Origin: Lingula anatina
Lineage: Eukaryota > Animalia > Brachiopoda
Assembly (NCBI GenBank): GCA_051362555.1
Contig: CM120644.1
Location: forward strand, 7,944,954 to 8,008,953
DNA length: 64,000 nucleotides
Direction: 5' to 3'
The notes under the pieces were generated by a model. It was given only the letters and a program-made list of their open reading frames with translations, had not been told where the DNA came from and searched no databases. Shown here piece by piece: positions 54,594 through 64,000 of the stretch. The translations under genes and the position numbers were made by a program. How positions within the stretch are numbered: position 1 is the first letter of the stretch; each line of letters starts with the position of its first letter.

Positions 54594-54989
54594 TGTGACA
54601 AAAATTACGCTTGCGAGTGTGAGACAAGTGAGCATTGGTGTTAGTAATGATGGTGAGATTTTTCATGGTCCCACGATCCCTGTCTGACATGTGTGGCTTT
54701 TAATCTTATTTAATCAATCTCTGGATAAAACTCTTCAAAATGTAGATAAGTTAGATAAAGTCAAATAATACAGTGTGATAAAAAATCCAGTATAAATTAT
54801 ATGTTTACAGCAGGGGACTTGCATTTTAAAACTAAGTTATGCTGGGAAAATCGACTTAAATTGGTAGTAAACCTACATTTGTATAACACAATTAAAATTG
54901 TTGGTTATCATTAAGTCATTTTTATTATTACATGCAAAAACAGCATTAAAACACTGTAATAGGAATCGTTCCAGATACATGTATTCCAA

Positions 54990-55204
54990 GGCTGTATTCC
55001 CAGAGCTTTTAGATCGATCTATCCCCGCGGGGAGTCTCACTAGATTACTGTCAGATAATCCGGCTTAAATGTCCGTCCTGCCTACTACAAGCTGCAAGGG
55101 GGTAATATTCTTTCGTGTCCGCTCGGCTGACAGCTATTTAGCGTGAACCCCCAGGGAGTAAGGTCGATCTAAAGTAGATCGATCTAATCTCTGGAAATGG
55201 GGTC
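54990..55204. mobile_element. Palindromic MITE family copy with 3-bp TSD
   Basis: CAA|ggctgtattcccaga...tctggaaatggggtc|CAA. Absent from the paralogous positions upstream of lectin copies 1 and 2. Confidence 0.8.
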
Positions 55205-56508
55205 CAATTTGTCGCGTCTTAGTCTCTTAATCTCTTATGATGAAGCTTCGACCTTGTCAGATAGGCTTACTTTAGATAAACTAAAGGAAGATCTGTGCAA
55301 AACTAAATCATATATTTATGGAGCAATCCAATTGTCTTTTAACATCAAACAGTATATGTGATTTGACAAAACTGAAGACTAAAATAATCTGATGCTCCTT
55401 TATTCAATATGCACTTTTTAATTTTCAATAGAATGAACAGTTTTATTGCAGTAGTTTTAAATCTCCAGAAGCAGTCCTTTAACTAAGTTTCATTCAAACA
55501 TGAAGTGTTTTATTATAGTTGCTCTTAACATTAACCACTGGGTTTCACTTTTATCAATAAATTATGTTAATCAAAAATATTATCACTATTTCACTACCGG
55601 TATAAGATATTCAGAGTAGCCCAGTGTAAAATTTTAACTCGAAAATCTCATAATTTTGTTCAAACTAATTAACTTTTGATCTTCCTTCCCTGATACTCGT
55701 CATAACTCTCTGGGTAACGAAAGGTCGTTAGCCCATGTTTATGTGTGGCTTTTTCAAATCCCGCCATTCTTTCTACCTCAATTCTCTCACTGCATTCCAT
55801 GCTGCGCACGATTCAAAAGCACGTCAACATGGTTGCTAGAGGTGAGGTGTGTCTGAAAATGATAATATAAATTTTGGGGTGAAATTACTTCATCGCATTA
55901 ATCTGTTAAGAAATTATTTTCATTGATTCTAAAATATAGAAAATACTGACAGGTGAGTGCAAGAAACTCAGAAAGTATTTCCGGAGTATTCTTTTATGAT
56001 AAATTAGTAAATCAATTGATTTAATCATAGCGGAAAACATTTATTCAAGGACAATTTCTTTTATCTTCGCTTGTCAACTTGCATACTTGTAAGATGCGTT
56101 TATGGTCTCTCTTACAACGTCGTGCTATTGATTATCGAACAGTGGTAAATAATTAACTACGCTTGATGTCATTGGTCCTTCCGTCACCTCCTCACCTCTG
56201 TAGATAGGACAACCAAATGAGGGCTAGTTAAGAGATAGGCATTAACTGGCAGCAGGTGTGGTGAAATAATCAGCTATTAGAGCGTAAACTAACAATCTTG
56301 ACACAATTTGATACCAGAATACCTTGTTGTCATCATCATTTGTTTCTCAGTTACTGTAACACCTATTGCTACATGTATGAGCTTTGGACTATTGTTTCCA
56401 TCCACCTTTTACCGTACTTAGCGCAGTGCTTTTCTTAACGAAATTTGAAAGTTTACGCAGCGCAGTGAACGGTGTCCCCTGTTAAGTTATAGCGTTAAAT
56501 TAACGACG

Positions 56509-59460
56509 ATGGGTCGACTCGTGCAAGTAAATTTGATACTGCACATCAGTTTAATACTCTTATGCGGCTTGCTATCGCAGGCCGATAGCAGATACAATAC
56601 GCCTAAGGATGTACGCATTTTTAACTCGAGCGTCGAAATCAGCTCTTTAACCAGTCCGATACACCAGACAAGAGTTGGGTCGCGAGAAATTGCTGCAATC
56701 GGGACCGGCGTATCAGATGGAAACGACACGGCGTCTCAGTGTACCCTGGCTATGTTTGGCGGGGACGAGGCGGCCTACTGGGCCTGCAGGACAGAATACG
56801 CCTTTCAACAGAACTGGTGGCCATCTCCCATCGCGGGTTTGTTCAGCTACCAGGTACGTTCTGGGTCCTTTTTTCTTCTTAAAAAAATAATTCATTTAAA
56901 TCTTAAAATTACCAAGGTCATTTAACAAAATTCAACAATGTGGGTCAGGGCAGTGGCGAACCAATTGGAAGCAATGTTGGCATATTCCTGACATTGTGTA
57001 TTTATATACATTACACAATATGTGCAACACTGACGGGACTCAGAGGGTCACTTTTCTGTGGAAAAACCCAGACTTTCGTCAACTAATCACATACATTTAC
57101 TAAGATTTTATTTGTATTTTTCTAGAATTAAGTAACAATCGGCCTAAAACTATAATACCTCCAATTGTTTGTAAAGAGTTCTTAATGGAATGACACACTT
57201 TTAATCTAAAGCATAAAAATAGACTACAATTTCCTGTCTCCTACTACATAAAACCGCCCCTTAATTCTCTTTCGCGATTTATCTTAAGGTCTTAAAGCAC
57301 AACGCGATATATTATTGTTGGTATCCTGTTAAGAATAGCTCTATTAAATAAGGGGTTTGTAGCACCATTAGAGCCTCAAAATCCGGAAATCAAATATGGA
57401 TGTCAAATGCTAGTAAACATACAATTGGAAATGTTACATTAATTTTGCTTTCTATTCTTTACTTCATATTTTCTTATTCGCTTTCACATGTTTACATCCA
57501 TCTATCTGTCAATATCAAATTTCCGTTTCGCTTCACGGTATGGAACGGCTTCGACGGATTTTGGCAAAATGGAGCGGTTCTGGAGGTTCTGACTAATTTC
57601 ATGGTGTACGGTAACAACACTCGCTACATCTCAGTGGTTCGCAGTTCCCTTAGGTACCTGTATAGTCTACTGGAGGCCTACGCCCCACAGCCTTCCTATG
57701 ACGATATGGCTTGGTATGGGCTGAGCTTTGCAAGAATTTCCGAGGTGAGCGCCCTGAGTTTTAGAGTTTATTGGAAACCAACTACTGTACAAGCTTCTTT
57801 CAACGACTCGAAGCAATTCAATAAAAGTTGAAACTCACAGTGGAGGAGAGGCAACCTTGGAAAATGTCTACGTTTGGAATGTTTATTTATTCGAGTTCTG
57901 TGTCCATTTGTCTTCTTAAAATTTTTTTTTGTCAAGGAATAAATCTTAAACTGTTTTTTTTTTTTTAAATTTATTCAAGACTACAGGTCTTTATATTAGA
58001 TAAGAATTAAGAAATGTAGACATAGACTTCTCGGTATTCGAGAGTCTGCAATGCAGCCATTAACTGCCCTATAGTTCCCTTCATGGACAACTAAAATATT
58101 CCAGGTCCTTGGAGACTCGACTTTCCTGTCGTCTGCTCAGCAGATCTACGATTGGAACTGGAAAAACGGCTGGGATACAAATATGAACAACTGTCATGGA
58201 GGCATGTGGTTCGACCAACAGGTCAACGCCAAGCAGACGATTACCAATGTCCAGGTAAACACCGCAAGTTTGAGACGTTCTTAAATAGCCCTTCACAAAA
58301 CTGTTTGTCGTCCTTTATGAGCAATACGTGATATGCAGATAAGTGGGATTTAAGGTTTACACAGTAGTCTAAAGCAAAATGCTTCCAATTAAAATTTTGC
58401 GACATAAATAGTGAAAAGAATTGCTCTTAAGGAACTTTGAAATAAGCAAGGCGAAGGTGACCTCTACCAGGGTGGCAGATTATATAGGGAAAATGGGGAA
58501 AAAACAGAGAGCCTAATGACTGTCTATTTATCTAGAGGCATATCTGTGAATACCTATGAAAATTCAATCTGTCACCCTGGTAGAGGGTAAAGCGAAATAT
58601 GATCATTTTTTGTAACTCATTTCCATTTCCAGATGATGCAGCTGGGAGCCCGACTTTACCGCCTGACGTCATCTAAAAGCAGACGACAAGAGTTGATGTC
58701 ACAACTGAACCTCACCATCAATTTTTTGGTGAACAACCACGTGATCGACCCGGACACATTTCAGGTGGCAGACGGCATATATTTGAACAACTGCACGTCG
58801 AACAGAGTTTATGGAAGAACTTACAACAGTGGTGTTTTTATCGGTAGCTTGGTCGAACTTTACAAAGCAACAAATCAGACCAATTTTCTGAACACTGCTC
58901 ACAAGATTGCCAATGCAACAATGACCTTGTCGTCCCGACACGGCGTTTTGATGGAATATTGCGACGCGGGGAACGAAACATGTAACGACGACGCAAAAAT
59001 GTTCAAAGGGATATTTGCGCGCAATCTACGTTATCTCGCAGACGTCTCTGATCAGGCTCACGCTAAACTTTACAGGGATTACTTAGCAATGAACATGCGT
59101 TCTCTATTGTCCAGTTCGATATGTGAGCCAACACTGAAGAAACCGTGTAACATATCGTACCGAGACGGCCGGCCCTACCATAATTCCACCGGGCCTGTGT
59201 TTGGTACACGTTGGTTTGGGCCCTTCAATTTCACTTCCCCCATGCAGGACACGTCAGCGTTGGAGTTGTTAGTCGCCAATATCGCCCAGGACACCCGATG
59301 CCATGGCGACGGATGCACCTACGACCCTCCAACCCCTCCTCCCCGTCCGTTAACTTGTCAAGATCACCCCTGTCCCTCGGACGAGGCGTGCTGCGCTTAC
59401 AGCGACTACTACACTTGCTGTACACCAGATCAGAAGTGTGTTAACGGCGTCTGTGAATAA
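56509..59460 (+). CDS. Secreted glycoside hydrolase family 76 (endo-alpha-1,6-mannanase/Dfg5-Dcw1-like) with Pro linker and Cys-rich C-terminal module, ~509 aa
   Basis: Exons 56509-56853, 57538-57744, 58105-58254, 58633-59460, all phase 0. Signal peptide; GH76 motifs FWQNG, SYDDMAW (catalytic DD), CHGGMWF....KQTITN, TYNSGVFIG.LVELY, DAKMFKGIFARNL. Intron 1 acceptor reads cacg| rather than AG. Confidence 0.85.
58461..58586. mobile_element. Small MITE in GH76 intron 3
   Basis: cctctaccagggtggcagatt / aatctgtcaccctggtagagg, a 21-bp inverted repeat with one mismatch. Confidence 0.65.
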
Positions 59461-59632
59461 TGTCTCTTCCAACTGTTGGCTGAAACATGAAGTTGTTGCT
59501 CAATGGACTAATAATAATAATAATAATAATAAATCGACAATTATTTTTTTAAATTCTATCTAATGGTACACAACACAGGAAATAAGGAAGATCATTCATT
59601 ATTTATGTTTCTTATGGAACCTCTCCCACTCA

Positions 59633-59673
<41 letters not shown>

Positions 59674-60912
59674 TGGCGTTGCTTATCAAGACTGTACATA
59701 TGACCATACAGTACCCGGGGAAACTCCGGGATAAAATACATGTGTACGGCTCAAGGGCTATCTACTGTTATGATTGGCATATACACATGCATGTACATCC
59801 AAACTGACCCTCTCTGTGATAGGGAAGAAAGTTTCCATTTGATCCGCAGACTACCAACGAAGCTTGAATGTCTCCGTGGTAACTCCGCCGTCTTGGACGT
59901 ACAGATAGGCACTAAACTCGGGTTCGAAACCCAAGATGGTCAAGATAATATATTTTTGCACGAAAACAATTTCTAAAAATTGCGTTTGGTTACTATAAGA
60001 GGAAACTCGTACGTACGGAGGGTGGGCGGGTCTCTTACGGCGCAGTCGATAGCGTGCTTGGTTGCAAAAAACATACCAAGCCATCAGCAAACCATGGTAA
60101 CGACAGGTCACGAGCTCGAATCCCAGGTGACGCATGTCACTCGTGGGTCCAGGCATGCAAAAAAAAAAAAAAAAAATGCCGGTATAGTTCAGAGTTAGTG
60201 ATGTCATTATCATAAAGTCTGCGTCGTTAATTATACTTCTTTTCTCTTCACTTTGGTCTTTAACGTCACATCACGTGCTCTACAACGTCACAGGTGAAAT
60301 CGAACGTAAACTCCTTAAATAAAAAAGATTAAAAGAACAGCATCTTAATTAATCTAACTAGGAACGTTCCCGGCAATCTTCTCATCTAAAGAGACCTAAC
60401 TTGAGTGATTCAGTAGCTTTCATGGCATAGCAACACGTCATACCACCTGTAAACTGCGTTCAGAAGAATTATTTGCCAATCTTATGTTTCTCTCGAAATT
60501 GGCATGGTCGCAATATTGCTTAAATGGAAAGCGAACCTGCTTGTACATATTTGCTTCTTTTTTAATGATACCCTCCTCTAATGGGGTTGCTAAAACTAAA
60601 ATCGCCCCATTGTGCTCTCTAGGTAACGTCATAGGTGAAGGCAAAGTTTAATCTAAGCATAAAACAAAGTCATAGTAAAAAAGTAATCTATGTAGGAACG
60701 GTCCGTGTCGGATTCTCAAATAAGTCCTCTTGAACATGAGAAACTATAACAACGTTGATGATAATACCATGTTCGTGGACTGACGTTGCGCGGGATGAAA
60801 TACGTACGGCTCACGGGCAATCGATATTTATGGCAGATATACACATGTACATCCAAACTGGCCCTCTCTGTGAGAAGGTAGAACGTATCCATTTGATCCA
60901 TGGTCTACCAAC

Positions 60913-61011
60913 GGAGCTTGTATGGCTCAGTGGTAACTCCGCCGTCTTGGACGTACAGCTAGACACCCCACGCTGGTTCGAATCCCAAGATGGTTAAAAT
61001 AATATTTTTTT
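60913..61011 (+). ncRNA. Candidate ~95-nt Pol III type-2 transcript (tRNA-derived or vault-RNA-like); copies at ~59861-59957 and ~62466-62563
   Basis: Box A TGGCTCAGTGG 60923-60933, box B GGTTCGAATCC 60975-60985, stem GCCGTCTTGG/CCAAGATGGT, T7 terminator 61005-61011. Confidence 0.4.
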
Positions 61012-61084
61012 GCTCCAAAAGCCATTTCTAAAAATTGCGTTTGGTTACTATAAGAGGAAACTGGTACGTACGGAGGGTGGGCGG

Positions 61085-61187
61085 GTCTCTCACGGCGCAG
61101 TCGGTAGCGTGCTTGGTTGCAAAAAACATACCAAGCCATCAGCAAACCATGGTAACGACAGCTCACGAGTTCGAATCCCAGGTGACG
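61085..61187 (+). pseudogene. tRNA-like element (tRNA-Asn-like body with insertions); copies at ~60030-60132 and ~62638-62740
   Basis: GTCTCT..GGCGCAGTCGGTAGCGTG-CTTGG...CCAAG...GAGTTCGAATCCCAGGTGACG. D-arm and anticodon stem are recognisable; T and acceptor stems are broken. Confidence 0.5.
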
Positions 61188-61592
61188 CATGTCAGTTCAC
61201 CACGGCAACAAGATAGCCCCACAGTCAAAAACGAATGCAGGCTCTCGTGGTTCCGGGCAAATTACCTTTTGCAAAAAAATGCCGGTATAGTTCAGAGTTA
61301 GTGATGTCATTATCATAAAGTCTGCGTAGTTAATATACTTCTTTTCTCTTCACTTTGGTCTTTAAAATGATACTTAGGCAGGGATGGTCATTGATCTTTT
61401 TTCTTCATCTACTACGTACGCAACAGATCACACTCGAAGTGGGTCAAAACCTTACACGGCATGGCGACGTGCATGCCATATTGCCCTTTGATCATAAATA
61501 AAAGATCTGCTCGTTTTGATATCAGCAAGAAGAGTTTTTCAGTATTTTTCTTAAGTCATTTCGCCGCTATTGCTTTACTTATTTCATAAATT

Positions 61593-61682
<90 letters not shown>

Positions 61683-64000
61683 CCCGCCCCCATTTGGCCT
61701 TGCTTATCAAGACTGAACATATGGTCATACAATACCCAGGGCAACTCCATAGTCGACATCTGAATTGGTAGAGACTACTCACAACTCTAACCGTCAAATT
61801 GTGAACCGCTTTGGCTCACATCGTGCTCTACAACGTCACAGGTGAAATCAAACGTAAACTCCTTAAAAAAAAAAAAAAGATTAAAAGAACAGCATCTTAT
61901 CATCATAGGAACGTTCCCGGCAATCTTATCATCTAAAAAGACCTAACTTGAGTGATTCAGTAGCTTTCATGGCATAGCAACACGTCATACCACCTGTAAA
62001 CTGCGTTCAGAAGAATTACATGTATTTGCCAATCTTATGTTTCTCTCGAAATTGGCATGGTCGCAATATTGCTTAAATGGAAAGCGAACCTGCTTGTACA
62101 CATTTGCTTCTTTTTTAATGATACCCTCCTCTAATGGGGTTGCTAAAACTAAAATCGCCCCATTGTGCTCTCTAGGTAACGTCATAGGTGAAGGCAAAGT
62201 TTAATCTAAGCATAAAATAAAGTCATAGTAAAAAAGTAATCTTTGTAGGAACGGTCCGTGTCGGATTCTCAAATAAGTCCTCTTGAACATGAGAAACTAT
62301 AACAACGTTGATGATAATACCATGTTCGTGGACTGACGTTGCGCGGGATGAAATACGTACGGCTCACGGGCAATCGATATTTATGGCAGATATACACATG
62401 TACATCAAAACTGGCCCTCTCTGTGAGAAGGTAGAACGTATCCATTTGATCCATGGTCTACCAACGAAGATTGTATGGCTCCGTGGTAACTCCGCCGTCT
62501 TGGACGTGCAGCTAGACACCCCACGCTGGTTCGAATCCCAAGATGGTCAAAATAATATTTTTTTGCTCCAAAAACAATTTCTAAAAATTGCGTTTGGTTA
62601 CTATAAGAGGAAACTCGTACGTACGGAGGATGGGCGGGTCTCTCACGGCGCAGTCGGTAGCGTGCTTGGTTGCAAAAAACATACCAAGCCATCAGCAAAC
62701 CATGGTAACGACAGGTAACGAGTTCGAATCCCAGGTGACACATATCAGTTCACCACGGCAACAAGATAGCCCCACTGTCGAAAACGAATGCAGGCTCTCG
62801 TGGGTTCGGGCAAATTACCTTTTGCAAAAAAATGCCGGTATAGTTCAGAGTTAGTGATGTCATTATCATAAAGTCTGCGTCGTTAATTATACTTCTTTTC
62901 TCTTCACTTTAGTCTTTAAAATGATACTTAGGCGGGGATGGTCATTGATCTTTTTTCTTCATCTACTACGTACGCAACAGATCACACTTGAAGTGGGTCA
63001 AAACCTTACACGGCATGGCGACGTGCATGCCATATTGCCCTTTGATCATAAATAAAAGATCTGCTCGTTTTGATATCAGCAAGAAGAGTTTTTCAGTATT
63101 TTTCCAAAGTCATTTCGCCGCTTTTGCTTTACTTATTTCATAAATTTTGTTGTTGTTGTTGTTGTTGTTGTTGTTTTGTTTTTTTTTTTGTTTTTTTTTT
63201 TTTTTGCCCCGCCCCCATTTGGCCTTGGTTATCAAGACTGAACATATGGTCATACAATACCCAGGGCAACTCCATAGTCGACATCTGAATTGGTAGAGAC
63301 TACTCACAACTCTAACCGTCAAATTGTGAACCGCTTTGGCTCACATCGTGCTCTACAACGTCACAGGTGAAATCAAACGTAAACTCCTTAAAAAAAAAAA
63401 GATTAAAAGAACAGCATCTTATCATCATAGGAACGTTCCCGGCAATCTTATCATCTAAAGAGACCTAACTTGAGTGATTCAGTAGCTTTCATGGCATAGC
63501 AACACGTCATTCCACCTGTAAACTGCGTTCAGAAGAATTATTTGCCAATCTTATGTTTCTCTCGAAATTGGCATGGTCGCAATATTGCTTAAATGGAAAG
63601 CGAACCTGCTTGTACACATTTGCTTCTTTTTTAATGATACCCTCCTCTAATGGGGTTGCTAAAACTAAAATCGCCCCATTGTGCTCTCTAGGTAACGTCA
63701 TAGGTGAAGGCAAAGTTTAATCTAAGCATAAAACAAAGTCATAGTAAAAAAGTAATCTATGTAGGAACGGTCCGTGTCGGATTCTCAAATAAGTCCTCTT
63801 GAACATGAGAAACTATAACAACGTTGATGATAATACCATGTTCGTGGACTGACGTTGCGCGGGATGAAATACGTACGGCTCACGGGCAATCGATATTTAT
63901 GGCAGATATACACATGTACATCCAAACTGGCCCTCTCTGTGAGAAGGTAGAACGTATCCATTTGATCCATGGTCTACCAACGAAGCTTGTATGGCTCCGT

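Larger units (their letters stand above)
59671..64000. repeat. Tandem array of a ~1.53-1.55 kb unit: one deleted, diverged edge copy, two full copies, one truncated by the window end
   Basis: gtgctctacaacgtcacaggtgaaatc recurs at ~60275, ~61824 and ~63348. Units are highly similar and each contains a (GTT)n-poly(T) tract. Confidence 0.95.

Noticed and set aside
56509-59460. Bacterial or fungal contamination as the source of GH76
   Set aside because: The gene has spliceosomal introns, one containing a MITE-like element, and is contiguous with sequence duplicated in the animal lectin cluster.
61085-61187. Functional intron-containing tRNA-Cys(GCA)
   Set aside because: T-stem and acceptor stem do not pair and there is a long extra insert; kept only as a tRNA-like element.
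61370-61500. ATACTTAGGCAGGG start resembling U1 snRNA
   Set aside because: Lacks the ACCTG 5' splice-site pairing sequence, the U1 stem-loops and an Sm site.
59740-63970. Recurrent 60-136 aa ORFs in the tandem array
   Set aside because: They recur only because the DNA is repeated; frames and stops differ between units and no domain is recognisable.

Overview
AT-rich, intron-containing animal DNA with many microsatellites; repeat and gene content suggest a marine invertebrate, but the taxon cannot be fixed from sequence. All gene models were spliced by hand using GT/AG signals and intron phase. (1) The 3' part of a Fez-like C2H2 zinc-finger gene (+, 319-9421) carries an intronless UDP-glycosyltransferase (6617-8206) on the same strand inside one intron; a candidate 23-nt microexon could splice the two in frame. 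(2) Two tandem 14-exon genes (-, 10127-22559 and 25033-36517) each encode a ~1235-aa secreted protein with five LamG/pentraxin-like domains and a PAN/apple domain. (3) Three tandem 3-exon genes (-, 39258-54593) encode signal peptide + coiled coil + non-canonical C-type lectin domain. (4) A divergently transcribed 4-exon GH76 (alpha-1,6-mannanase-like) gene (+, 56509-59460) has a Cys-rich tail and one intron lacking its AG acceptor. (5) A ~1.53-kb tandem array (59671 to window end) carries two Pol III box A/box B elements per unit. MITEs and Tc1/LINE relics are scattered through introns. The best candidates for new biology are the ZF-UGT nested/fusion locus, the lectin + GH76 cluster and the Pol III array. 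No database searches were run.
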